Below the pieces are notes generated by a model, which was given only the letters and a program-made list of their open reading frames with translations, searched no databases and had not been told where the DNA came from. A program made the translations under genes and the position numbers. From contig CAYXRK010000032.1 in assembly GCA_964467615.1 (NCBI GenBank), positions 1 through 32,905 of the forward strand: 32,905 nt of DNA. Direction: 5' to 3'. This document shows positions 19,670-28,665 of the stretch, in pieces. Source of the stretch: an uncultured Nitrospirales bacterium. GTDB lineage: Bacteria > Hydrogenedentota > Hydrogenedentia > Hydrogenedentales > GCA-2746185. How positions within the stretch are numbered: position 1 is the first letter of the stretch; each line of letters starts with the position of its first letter.

Positions 19670-20773
19670 CTACTTCACCTGCTCCAGCACCACAAAATCC
19701 CCTGGGTTCCAGGCCTGCGCGATGACGTAGAACTTCCCTTCGCGCTGCACCAACACAGCATTGTGTACGTGCGTGAAATCCGCCAACCCCAGATCGTCCT
19801 TCGGCATCAACGTCGATACAATCTCGCCGTCTTTCAGAATGTAAATCGGCGCGCCCTTCGTCTTGTCCGGCCCTTCGAGACACCCGACGGCAGCGTACCC
19901 CGCTTCAAAGTCCACGTCGCACGGGAGCGAACCCTTTGGTAAATCCAGCGTCTTCTTATATTCGCCGCCCGGCGTGAAATAGTCGATCTCCGAATTCGGC
20001 CTGTCGGCAATCGCCAGCGTATCGCGCTCGGGCGTGATCGTGATGCCGTGGCCCGTGCCGAATTGCCCCGGCCCCGTGCCCTTCCCGCCGAACGCCAAGT
20101 CGTTCCACGTCACCACCACTCCGTCCTTCGTATCAACCGTCGCCGTCAGCACGTAGTCGAGCGCCGAATACCCTGTCGTGATGAAATAACGGCCATGGAG
20201 AAACACCACGTCCGTCGGGATGAACTTGAGGTCCTTCGCGAAATACTCGTTCACCGCCGCGGGCCCGAATTTCATCTCCTTGCCCGGAGGATCAAGCGTA
20301 GTCACCAACTCACCTCCGAGCGTCGTCGTGAACACCTTCCCAATGTCATTCCCTGGAAACGCCAGATACGGCGTCCCCTCCCCGTCCGCCCAAATCGACG
20401 CGTTGTGCATGTTCGTGTTGCGCATCGCGTCGTTCGTCGGCAACATCCGCGCATTCGACAAGTCGCGGCTCAACTGAATGATCCCCGCACCCGGCAGCGC
20501 GAAATACACCTCGCCCTTGTCCGCCCGCCGATCCACGGCAAAGCCCCCGTGCGCCGCCTTCAACACCGCCTGCGCTTCCGGCGGCAATTTGCTCCGGTCA
20601 TGCAACACCCGGAACGTCATGTTCCCCTGCCCCGTCACCCCGCCCGTATTTTGCGACATCATGAATCCTATCGTCTGGCTCGGATGCACATGCCCCGGGC
20701 CGCTCCCATGCCCCGAATGCGCAACCGCCGCCGCCGCTGAAACAAACACAACCATCAACGCTTTAGTTTTCAT
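19670..20773 (-). CDS. Secreted beta-propeller protein, NHL-repeat-like
   Basis: Signal peptide MKTKALMVVFVSAAAAVA from the ATG at 20773 (the track uses a GTG one codon upstream). It is Gly/Thr-rich with repeated strand motifs (…GPGQFGTGHGITITPERDTLAIADRPNSEIDYF…) suggestive of NHL blades. The family call is tentative. Confidence 0.4.
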   Translation of the reverse strand: MKTKALMVVFVSAAAAVAHSGHGSGPGHVHPSQTIGFMMSQNTGGVTGQGNMTFRVLHDRSKLPPEAQAVLKAAHGGFAVDRRADKGEVYFALPGAGIIQLSRDLSNARMLPTNDAMRNTNMHNASIWADGEGTPYLAFPGNDIGKVFTTTLGGELVTTLDPPGKEMKFGPAAVNEYFAKDLKFIPTDVVFLHGRYFITTGYSALDYVLTATVDTKDGVVVTWNDLAFGGKGTGPGQFGTGHGITITPERDTLAIADRPNSEIDYFTPGGEYKKTLDLPKGSLPCDVDFEAGYAAVGCLEGPDKTKGAPIYILKDGEIVSTLMPKDDLGLADFTHVHNAVLVQREGKFYVIAQAWNPGDFVVLEQVK

Positions 20774-20870
20774 CACGTAAAAGTTGTCCTATATGTCAGG
20801 CCCACTTCCGCCAACCTCTCGCCGATTATAAGGCCGCCTCCCCGTCCGATAAAGCAAGTCCCCGCACCCA

Positions 20871-20899
20871 TTGCCAAACCCGGCCCCGTATGCGATAGT
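20871..20899 (+). promoter_or_regulatory. Possible sigma70-type promoter for the NfeD-flotillin operon
   Basis: TTGCCA (20871-20876), N17, then GATAGT (20894-20899), about 85 nt upstream of the NfeD ATG in a locally AT-richer divergent intergenic region. Confidence 0.25.
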
Positions 20900-20986
20900 C
20901 CTACCCTACGAATACTTCGATTCACATAGGTGTATTGTAGGCGGTTGGGCCGGGGTTGCGGACCCCGCGCGGGAAAAGGGAGGGCT

Positions 20987-21550
20987 ATGGTCACCTTCTA
21001 CACGATCTGCGCGATCGTCGGCAGCGTTATCCTTCTAGTGCAACTCGCGCTCACCATCGTCGGCGCGGACCACCATTCCGGCGACGCACTTCACGGCGCG
21101 GGCCTCGGCGCGGAATACACCGACACCCACGCCGGCGCGTCGTCCTTCTTCCACGTCCTCAGCTTCCGATCCATCGTCGCGGCCATCGCCTTCTTCGGCC
21201 TCGGCGGCCGCGCGGCCCTCGCGGCGGACATGCCCGCATACTTCGCGTTCATGGCCGCGCTCGGCGGCGGCACAATCGCGATGATCCTCGTCGCGTGGCT
21301 GATGAAGCTGCTCTTCTCGCTGCGCGCCGAAGGCAACGTCCACATCCAAAATTGCATCGGCATGCCCGCCACCGTCTACCTCAGCATTCCCGGCGCGAAG
21401 AAAGGCGTCGGCAAAGTCACCATCGCCGTGCAGCAACGCACGATGGAATACGCCGCCGTCACCGGCGCGGACGCGAGCATCCCCACCGGCGCGCGCGTCG
21501 TCGTCGTGGGAATCTCCGGCGCAGACACGCTAGAAGTCGAGCCGGAATAA
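20987..21550 (+). CDS. NfeD-like (YqiJ-type) membrane protein with a C-terminal OB-fold, partner of flotillin
   Basis: Internal ATG 20987 with SD AAAAGGGAGGG, giving 187 aa. There are three to four TM helices, then a beta-rich soluble C-terminus (…GKVTIAVQQRTMEYAAVTGADASIPTGARVVVVGISGADTLEVEPE). It lies directly upstream of a flotillin gene, as in yqiJK. Confidence 0.6.
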   Translation: MVTFYTICAIVGSVILLVQLALTIVGADHHSGDALHGAGLGAEYTDTHAGASSFFHVLSFRSIVAAIAFFGLGGRAALAADMPAYFAFMAALGGGTIAMILVAWLMKLLFSLRAEGNVHIQNCIGMPATVYLSIPGAKKGVGKVTIAVQQRTMEYAAVTGADASIPTGARVVVVGISGADTLEVEPE

Positions 21551-21650
21551 AACGTTCTCGGGGAGGGCGAGGCTCCCGCCGGGCCGCGCCCAAGCCGTAT
21601 AACGACACAAGACCCCGTGGGATTCCCACGGTCGCGAAAGGAGCACGTAC

Positions 21651-23336
21651 ATGCAATCCATGATCTGGATCCTCTTGATCGCCGTACTCGCCGCGGTCGT
21701 CGGCTTTTCGTTCATCATTCTCCTCAGCCGCCGTTACAAGCGCTGCCCAAGCAACCGAATCCTCGTCATCTACGGCAAAGTCGGCGCGGGCGGCAGCTCG
21801 AAGTGCATCCACGGCGGCGCGGCCTTCATCATCCCTCTCATCCAGGATTTCGACTTCCTCAGCCTCGAACCCATCCAAATCGAAGTCCCCCTCAAAGACG
21901 CGCTCTCGATGGAGAACATCCGCGTCGCCGTGCCGAGCGTCTTCACCGTCGCCATCGGAACCGAACCCGAAGTGATGCAGAACGCCGCCATCCGCCTGCT
22001 CAACCTCGACACGCACCAAATCAAGAAGCAAGCGGAAGACATCATCTTCGGCCAACTCCGGCAAGTCATCGCATCGATGGGCATCGAGGACATCAATCGC
22101 GACCGCGAAAAATTCCTCCACAGCATCCAAAATTCGCTCGAACCCGAACTCCGCAAAATCGGTCTCGTCCTCATCAACGTCAACATCACCGACATCACCG
22201 ACGCCTCTGGCTACATCGAGGCCATCGGCCAAAAGGCCGCGGCCCAGGCCGTCCAACAGGCCCGAGGCGACGTCGCCGACCAACTCAAAATGGGCGAAGT
22301 CCGCGTCGCCGAAGCCGAGCGCGAGAAACTCGTGATCGTCGCCGACAACCGCAAGACCCAACAGATTGGCGTGCGCCAGGCCGAGAAGGACCAGGCCGTG
22401 CGCGTCGCCGAACTCCAAAAGGAGCAGACCGTCGGCGAGCAGACCGCCGCGTTCCAGCGCGAATCGGAAGTCAAGGATCGCGAGCGCGAAATGCGCGTGC
22501 AAGTGGCCGAGGCCGAGGCCAAGGCCGCCGTCGGCGAACAGACCGCCGCGTTCCAGCGCGAAGCCCAAGTCAAGGCCGCCGAACAGGAAATGCGCATCAA
22601 GGTCGCCGAGGCCAACGCCCAAGCCATCACCGGCGAAAACATCGCCAAGGCCGCGATCGCCGACTCCGAAGCCAAGCTGAAAATCAAAGAGGCCGAAGCC
22701 TTCCAAGTCAGCGCGACCCGCTCCGAACAGGCCAAGGCCGCCGTCCTCGAAGCCAAGAACAAGGCCCTCGCCCAGGCCGCGATCGCCGAGGCCGAGAAAG
22801 TCGAAGCCGAGCGCCGCGCCGCCCTCGAGGCCCCCGCCAAGGCCGAGAAGGCGCAGACCATCGTCGTCGCCGAGGCCGAAAAAGAAAAGCGCCGCATCGA
22901 GGCCGAAGGCGAGGCCGCCGCCATCTTCGCCAAACTCGACGCCGAGGCCCGCGGCCAATTCGAGATGCTCGCCAAAAAAGCCGAAGGCCTCAAGCGCATC
23001 GTCGAAGCCTGCGGCGGCGCTGACGCAGCCTTCAAAATGCTCATGCTCGAACACATGGACAAACTCGCCGAGACCTCCGCCAAAGCCATCTCCAACATCA
23101 AATTCGACAAAGTCATCGTCTGGGAAACCGGCGCCGGCCAAAACGGAAAAAGCAGCACCTCCTCCTTCCTCAGCAACCTTGCGCAAACATTGCCCCCGAT
23201 GATGCAAGTCATGAAAGACGTCGGCGGCGTCGAGTTCCCCGAATACTTCGCCAAAATCACCGAAGACAGCGGCAAGCCGACAGTGGGTCCTGCCGCATCA
23301 ACTCCCGCAGCCACCCCACCACCCAAGGCGAAATAG
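21651..23336 (+). CDS. Flotillin-family SPFH/band-7 protein (YqiK/FloT-like)
   Basis: 561 aa with one N-terminal TM helix, an SPFH domain (…SLEPIQIEVPLKDALSMENIRVAVPSVFTVAIG…) and a long Ala/Glu/Lys-rich coiled-coil with EA repeats, ending in a conserved C-terminal segment. SD AAAGGAG precedes the ATG. Confidence 0.88.
   Translation: MQSMIWILLIAVLAAVVGFSFIILLSRRYKRCPSNRILVIYGKVGAGGSSKCIHGGAAFIIPLIQDFDFLSLEPIQIEVPLKDALSMENIRVAVPSVFTVAIGTEPEVMQNAAIRLLNLDTHQIKKQAEDIIFGQLRQVIASMGIEDINRDREKFLHSIQNSLEPELRKIGLVLINVNITDITDASGYIEAIGQKAAAQAVQQARGDVADQLKMGEVRVAEAEREKLVIVADNRKTQQIGVRQAEKDQAVRVAELQKEQTVGEQTAAFQRESEVKDREREMRVQVAEAEAKAAVGEQTAAFQREAQVKAAEQEMRIKVAEANAQAITGENIAKAAIADSEAKLKIKEAEAFQVSATRSEQAKAAVLEAKNKALAQAAIAEAEKVEAERRAALEAPAKAEKAQTIVVAEAEKEKRRIEAEGEAAAIFAKLDAEARGQFEMLAKKAEGLKRIVEACGGADAAFKMLMLEHMDKLAETSAKAISNIKFDKVIVWETGAGQNGKSSTSSFLSNLAQTLPPMMQVMKDVGGVEFPEYFAKITEDSGKPTVGPAASTPAATPPPKAK
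22431..22628. repeat. Internal in-frame 99-bp (33-aa) tandem duplication inside the flotillin coiled-coil region
   Basis: gtcggcgaGcagaccgccgcgttccagcgcgaa at 22431 and gtcggcgaAcagaccgccgcgttccagcgcgaa at 22530, a 33-nt core with 1 mismatch. The peptides are VGEQTAAFQRESEVKDREREMRVQVAEAEAKAA and VGEQTAAFQREAQVKAAEQEMRIKVAEANAQAI. Confidence 0.85.
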
Positions 23337-23538
23337 TTCGCTGTCATACAAGTAGTACCAGCCTAGCTGAGGCCGGCCCTTCGGGCCACACCGCCGTCCT
23401 ACAACCTTCAACATTCCTCCACACCCGCCGACGTCCGCCCCGTCCATCCTGTCCTCCTGTATGCCCGCGTCTGCCCGCTCCCGTACATATCAATCTGTGC
23501 CCTCCGGTGCAGCGCGAACTTTGAACTTTGAACCTCTC

Positions 23539-24189
23539 TTACGCTTCCGGCGTGTAGCCCATCACCACATCGAACTTCGCCGCCAACTCCCCGATGCGTG
23601 AATCAGGGACCTTGGCGAAATCGACAATCACGGACTCGCGGGCCTTGGCGTCGCGGATGCCGCGCAGCACGCCGTCGGTCTCGTTTTGAGAATGGCCCTT
23701 GATGTAGCACTGCGTGGTGAACTGGTCGTGGCCTTTGACGTTTATCGCAAAATGGATGTGCGGCGTGCGGCCGGGATACGGCACCGGCTTGACGGTGCGG
23801 AAGTAGTATTCGCCGGAGGATCCGGTCAAGAATCGGCCGAAACCCTGGAAGTTTTTGTCCAAGCCGCCGTGATTGTTGCTGTCGCTATGAAGGTAGACGC
23901 CGTTGTTGTCCACTTGCCAAATTTCGACGAGCGCGTTGCGAATTAGTTCGCCCGATGGGCCAAGTATCCGGCCGCTCAGATGCGTGATGTCGCCAATCGC
24001 TGGCGAGAGCGCATCGTTCACGATGATGAGGTCGTTGTCCGTATCGAGCGGCAAATGATCCGGGTAGAACGGCCCCTCCGTCTGCATTGGCGTCCGCAGC
24101 AACTCCTCCGCAAACGCACCGCGCGCCGAAAACGCCGCCGCGCCGATGGCAATGTTCCGCAAAAATTCACGCCGATTGGGTTGATTCAT
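23539..24189 (-). CDS. TAT-exported intradiol ring-cleavage dioxygenase-like protein (protocatechuate 3,4-dioxygenase beta-subunit-like)
   Basis: The internal ATG at 24189 gives 216 aa beginning MNQPNRREFLRNIAIGAAAFSARGAFA, a twin-arginine signal. …GRTPHIHFAI… is a His-x-His iron-ligand-like motif. The 68-aa Arg-rich track extension is rejected. Confidence 0.6.
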   Translation of the reverse strand: MNQPNRREFLRNIAIGAAAFSARGAFAEELLRTPMQTEGPFYPDHLPLDTDNDLIIVNDALSPAIGDITHLSGRILGPSGELIRNALVEIWQVDNNGVYLHSDSNNHGGLDKNFQGFGRFLTGSSGEYYFRTVKPVPYPGRTPHIHFAINVKGHDQFTTQCYIKGHSQNETDGVLRGIRDAKARESVIVDFAKVPDSRIGELAAKFDVVMGYTPEA

Positions 24190-24257
24190 GATTGATACCC
24201 TTTCCTTTTGTGCCGCGCCGAGTATGCGCCAATATACCATCGCCTGTGGGCGCTCAA

Positions 24258-25118
24258 TCACACGGGTCGCTCGCCCTCGATGGTCACGCGGTGCATTTCG
24301 CGGCGCTGGCCGTGGTAGTCGTTCAGTGCGTAGTGCTGCGTGCAACGGTTGTCCCAAAACGCGAGTGCGCCGCGCGTCCACCGAAACCGGCACGTGAACT
24401 CTTCCTGCGTCGCGTGGCGATACAAATACTCGAGCAACGGTTTGCTCTCGCGCCGCGTCATGCCCTTGAACTTCAGCGTGAACCCGTCGTTCACGTACAG
24501 CGCCTTGCGGCCCGTGTCGGGGTGCGTGCGCACGACCGGATGTTCAACTACCGCCTCCGCTGCCTCGGTCACGGAAACGCTCATTCCCTTGCGCTTCGCG
24601 TTGTTCTTGTCCGATTCGCCGCCGGGCGCATACTGGCTCGACGCGCTGTGAATCGCGGTTAGACCGCCGAGCATCTTCTTCATGCCCTCGGACAGCCGCT
24701 CGTAGGCCAGGTACTGGTTCGCCCAAAGCGTATCGCCGCCGAACTCGGGCACCTCGAGCGCGTACAACATTGATCCAAGCGCGGGCTTTTCCATGAAGCT
24801 CACGTCCGTGTGCCACCCGCCGCCAAAATTCGCGCGGTCCTCTTTCTCCTTGATGATGGGGACGATCTCGGGATGGCCATCGAGCGATTTGACGAACGGA
24901 TGCACCGTGAGCTCCCCGAAACGCCGCGCGAACGCCTTCTGCTGCTCCGGCGTCAACTCCTGGTCCCGGAAAAACACCACGCAATAGTCGTTGAACGCCT
25001 TCTTAATCGCCCCGAATGTCGCGGCATCGAGTTCCTCCGAAAGGTCTACCCCTTCGATCTCCGCACCCATTGCACCGGCGATCGGTTTGACGGCGATTCG
25101 TTCCAATGTAGAAATCAT
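24258..25118 (-). CDS. TauD/TfdA-family Fe(II)/2-oxoglutarate-dependent dioxygenase
   Basis: 286 aa with …GGGWHTDVSFMEKPALGSMLYALEVPEFGGDTLWAN…, an HxD…H facial-triad context. SD GAGGAG lies 9 nt upstream. Confidence 0.85.
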   Translation of the reverse strand: MISTLERIAVKPIAGAMGAEIEGVDLSEELDAATFGAIKKAFNDYCVVFFRDQELTPEQQKAFARRFGELTVHPFVKSLDGHPEIVPIIKEKEDRANFGGGWHTDVSFMEKPALGSMLYALEVPEFGGDTLWANQYLAYERLSEGMKKMLGGLTAIHSASSQYAPGGESDKNNAKRKGMSVSVTEAAEAVVEHPVVRTHPDTGRKALYVNDGFTLKFKGMTRRESKPLLEYLYRHATQEEFTCRFRWTRGALAFWDNRCTQHYALNDYHGQRREMHRVTIEGERPV

Positions 25119-25260
25119 GTTGTGCGTCTCCTCAATTCAGTGTGTTCAGTCTGACATGAAAAGGAACCGAAAGGCCACTCGGAGATGAACGCCTTCGCGA
25201 GGGCTGGAGGCGCAGCATCATCGGTGTTTGATACCCTCGCCACGACCCGGAGATTGAACG

Positions 25261-27270
25261 ATGCGCGTCTCGTTAAGAATTGCGGCTGCTCTGGCGATCG
25301 GCAGCGTGTCGATGTTCGTTCTGTTGGTGGCGCGCGCGGCCGATTCGGACTACTCCTATCTTATAGGGCGCGGCAAGGCGGACATCACCGGCCCGGCCGT
25401 AGGTGTACAACTGTGGGGCTTCGTGCGCCCCGACCAGATCGCCGAGGGCATTCATTTCCGGCTCTTCTCCCGCGCATTCGTCATCGCCGAGCGCAACGGT
25501 GAAAAGAGAATCGCGTTCGCCAGCGTGGACCTCGGCAGCGTGACCCACGCCATTCATCAGGAAGTCGTCGAGCGCCTCCAGAAGAAGTACGGAAACGCCT
25601 ACACCGAAGACAATGTGATCCTGAGCGCGACGCATACCCACTCGGGCCCGAGCGGATATTGGCACTACGGCACCGAAGGCCCGATCGGCATGCCGTTTTA
25701 CCAGGCGCACTTCGAGGCCATCGTGCAGGGAATCGTCGATTCGATCGCGCAGGCGCATGAGGACTTGCAGCCGGGCGATATTCATCTCGCCGAGGGCACA
25801 GTCGAGGGCGCCGGCGCGAACCGCTCGACGACCGCGTACCTCAACAATCCGGAGTCCGAGCGCGCGCGTTACGCCGCGGACACCGACACGCAGATGACGC
25901 TGCTCAAGTTGGTCGATGTTTCCGGATCCATCGGCATGATCAATTGGTTCGCCAGCCACCCCACCGCCATGAATTTTTTCAACCGCCTCATTTCCGGAGA
26001 TCACAAGGGCCACGCGTCGGCGCGATTTGAGGCGGAAGCAGGGAACGGGCTCGTCGCCGCGTTCGCCCAGTCCAACGCAGGAGACATCACGCCAAATCTG
26101 AATCTGAATAACACCGGCCCCGGCGAGAACGATGTCGAGACCACCCGAATCATCGCCGAGCGCCAGCTCGACGTGTCCAAGAAACTATTCGAGGCGGCAT
26201 CGGAAAAGGTGCAAGGGGCCATTCTCGTTCTGCACGCCTATGTGAACATGGCGTACCACCCCGTGAGCGGCGAGTTCACCGGCGCGGGCGATCAACGCAC
26301 CTGCCCGAGCGCCTTCGGCTACGCGTTCGCCGCCGGCTCGACGGAGGACGGCGGCGGAAACCCTTTGTTCAAGGAAGGCATGAAGATACGCAGCGCGATG
26401 ATCGATGGCGTGGTGGAAAAGCAATTCCATTTGCCTCCGCCGAGCGACGAGTGCCGGGAATGCCAGGGCGAGAAGGTCATCCTCTTTGCACCCGGCGACA
26501 TGAATCCACCCGCACAGAGCCAAATCGTCCCAATTACTCTCGCGCGCGTCGGCCAACTCACGATCGTATCCGTCCCCGCTGAATTCACCACGATGGCAGG
26601 CCGTCGCTTGCGCGAATCCGTCGCGAAAATTCTCGGCGATTCGAGCAAGCATGTCGTGCTCGCGGGTTACGCCAACGAGTATGCCGGCTACGTCACGACC
26701 CGCGAGGAATACGCCACGCAGCAATACGAAGGCGGCCACACGCTTTTCGGCCCGTGGACCCTCGCCGCCTACCAACAGGAATTCAGTCGCCTAGCTCGCG
26801 CGATGGTCGCGGGCGAACCTGTCGATCCCGGTCCTGCGCCTATCGACATGCGCGGCAAGGTCAAGGGCAATGCGCTCGAAGCTCCGGCCGATTCGTTGCC
26901 AGCCTCGGCCAAGTTCGGCGACCAGGCCAATGCGCCGAAGCGTTCCTACAAGCGCGGCGACACCGTCGAAATGGCCTTCTGGTCCGGCGACCCGCGCAAC
27001 GACTTCCGCACCGGCAACACGTTTCTCCGCATCGAACGCAAAGAGGGCGACAAATGGATCACCGTCGCCGCCGACAACGATTGGAGCACGAAATGCCGCT
27101 GGGTCCGCTCAGCCGACAAGCCGACTGAACTACAATTCGCCGTCACGTGGGCGATCCCAGCCGACACATCGCCGGGTGCCTACCGCATCGTTCACGAAGG
27201 CAACGGCAAACTATCCGACGGCCGAGCCGAGCGCTTCACCGGGACCTCGTCCGAGTTTCAAATCAAGTGA
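25261..27270 (+). CDS. Neutral/alkaline ceramidase, secreted
   Basis: 669 aa with signal peptide MRVSLRIAAALAIGSVSMFVLLVARA. The hallmark N-terminus is …YLIGRGKADITGPAVGVQLWGF…. It continues …SATHTHSGPSGY… with a C-terminal tail domain. Length and motifs match bacterial neutral ceramidases. Confidence 0.85.
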   Translation: MRVSLRIAAALAIGSVSMFVLLVARAADSDYSYLIGRGKADITGPAVGVQLWGFVRPDQIAEGIHFRLFSRAFVIAERNGEKRIAFASVDLGSVTHAIHQEVVERLQKKYGNAYTEDNVILSATHTHSGPSGYWHYGTEGPIGMPFYQAHFEAIVQGIVDSIAQAHEDLQPGDIHLAEGTVEGAGANRSTTAYLNNPESERARYAADTDTQMTLLKLVDVSGSIGMINWFASHPTAMNFFNRLISGDHKGHASARFEAEAGNGLVAAFAQSNAGDITPNLNLNNTGPGENDVETTRIIAERQLDVSKKLFEAASEKVQGAILVLHAYVNMAYHPVSGEFTGAGDQRTCPSAFGYAFAAGSTEDGGGNPLFKEGMKIRSAMIDGVVEKQFHLPPPSDECRECQGEKVILFAPGDMNPPAQSQIVPITLARVGQLTIVSVPAEFTTMAGRRLRESVAKILGDSSKHVVLAGYANEYAGYVTTREEYATQQYEGGHTLFGPWTLAAYQQEFSRLARAMVAGEPVDPGPAPIDMRGKVKGNALEAPADSLPASAKFGDQANAPKRSYKRGDTVEMAFWSGDPRNDFRTGNTFLRIERKEGDKWITVAADNDWSTKCRWVRSADKPTELQFAVTWAIPADTSPGAYRIVHEGNGKLSDGRAERFTGTSSEFQIK

Positions 27271-27282
27271 GACGCACGGAAA

Positions 27283-28089
27283 TTAACGCGTGAGCAATCC
27301 CGCATCAATCACGAACTGCGAGCCCGTCACGTACCGCGCCTTGTCCGACGCCAAGTACAACACCGCGTTGGCCACGTCCTCCGGCTCGATCCACGGCACC
27401 GGCAGCAGATTGCCCGCGGAGGCCTCTGCAATTTCCTTCGGCGTTTTCCCCTCTAGCATCGCGAGGCCATCATTCATCGGCGTGTTCACCCCGGTCGGGT
27501 GAATCGACAGCGCGCGAACGCCGTAAGGCGCAAGCTCTATCGCCCACGACTTCGTCAGCCCCGTCAAGCCCCACTTCGACGCCGCGTAATGCGACAGCCG
27601 GTTCATCCCGCGAAAGCTCGCAATCGAAGCGTTGTTGATGATGACGCCGCCGCGTTGCTCGATCATGAGCGGGATAATCCGCCGCCCCACCATCCACGCG
27701 CCCTTCAAGTTGATATCGAGCATCGCGTCCCACGCTTCTTCGCTAAGCTCGTGCGACATTCCGTAAAAACAGATGCCCGCGTTGTTGAACAAAATGTCGA
27801 TCCGCCCGAACCGCGCCGCCGTCTCGTTCACCGCCTCCGTAATCGCGGCGTCGTCGCGCACGTCTCCCGCAAACACCAGTGCCTCGCTGCCCGCGTTGCG
27901 CACGTCGCGTTGCAATGCATCGAGATCGTCCTGCGTGCCTAATGCGTACCCCGGATACTCAATCTGCCGCGCAATGTCGAACGCCGCCACCCGCGCCCCG
28001 GCCGCCGCGAGCGCCAGCGCCGTGGCCCGCCCCTGCCCGTGCGCCGCGCCCGTGATGAACGCGATCTTCCCCTCGAAATCACGCGCCAT
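27283..28089 (-). CDS. SDR-family NAD(P)-dependent oxidoreductase (carveol-dehydrogenase/mycofactocin-coupled-SDR-like subgroup)
   Basis: 268 aa with N-terminal GKIAFITGAAHGQGRATAL, NNAG, and the catalytic Y-x3-K (SHYAASKWG). Confidence 0.85.
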   Translation of the reverse strand: MARDFEGKIAFITGAAHGQGRATALALAAAGARVAAFDIARQIEYPGYALGTQDDLDALQRDVRNAGSEALVFAGDVRDDAAITEAVNETAARFGRIDILFNNAGICFYGMSHELSEEAWDAMLDINLKGAWMVGRRIIPLMIEQRGGVIINNASIASFRGMNRLSHYAASKWGLTGLTKSWAIELAPYGVRALSIHPTGVNTPMNDGLAMLEGKTPKEIAEASAGNLLPVPWIEPEDVANAVLYLASDKARYVTGSQFVIDAGLLTR

Positions 28090-28630
28090 GCTTCACCTGT
28101 TCGCGCGCGCCGTCGCGATACGCGTAGAGATACTCGTCCAGCTCGACCTCGAGCACGTTGTTGATGATGTTCGTCGCCACCATCAGCGCCGCGAACGCCG
28201 TCAACGCCACGATTTGTTCCGGCGTGAAGGACTCGGCCACGCGCCGATACGTCTCCTCCGGTACGCGGCTCCCCTGCCGAGCTATGGCCCGCCCGAACTC
28301 CACCAGCGCCGCGCCCTTCGCGTCCAACGCCAACTCACTCGGGTCATCGCCCCGCTCGATCAAGATGCGCCGCATGAACGTCGTGCAGATCAGGCAATCG
28401 CTCTCCGACGAAATCGCGTGCGCGAAAATTATCGCGAGCCGCTCGCCCAGGAACGGCGTGATCGAATCGAACAACGTATACCATTCCATCAACGCGCGAT
28501 ACGCCGTCGGCGAATGCAGCAACGTCCGCTTCATATTCGTCATGCGGCCCCACCGCGCCATGCTGTCATCGAAGGCCGAGCGCGCCTCGCCGCTCAACTG
28601 TTCTCGTTCAAGAGGTGCTATTCGCGGCAT
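28079..28630 (-). CDS. Carboxymuconolactone decarboxylase (AhpD-like) family protein
   Basis: 183-aa all-helical protein containing a Cys-x-x-Cys-like pair (…SDCLICTTFMRR…) typical of CMD/AhpD-like proteins. It overlaps the downstream SDR gene by 11 nt, so they form an operon. Confidence 0.65.
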   Translation of the reverse strand: MPRIAPLEREQLSGEARSAFDDSMARWGRMTNMKRTLLHSPTAYRALMEWYTLFDSITPFLGERLAIIFAHAISSESDCLICTTFMRRILIERGDDPSELALDAKGAALVEFGRAIARQGSRVPEETYRRVAESFTPEQIVALTAFAALMVATNIINNVLEVELDEYLYAYRDGAREQVKHGA

Positions 28631-28665
28631 GTTGTCCCTAGTCCACGAGGTAATTTCCAGCGCCC

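Noticed and set aside
21459-23347. Long minus-strand ORFs 21459..23207 (582 aa, G/D/L-rich) and 22211..23347 (378 aa, A/S-rich)
   Set aside because: They are antisense to the well-supported flotillin gene, have low-complexity compositions mirroring the EA-rich coiled-coil codons, and show no SD or homology signal.
23375-23387. GGCCCttcGGGCC hairpin after the flotillin gene
   Set aside because: It has a 5-bp stem with a 3-nt loop and no U-tract. This is too weak to call a terminator.
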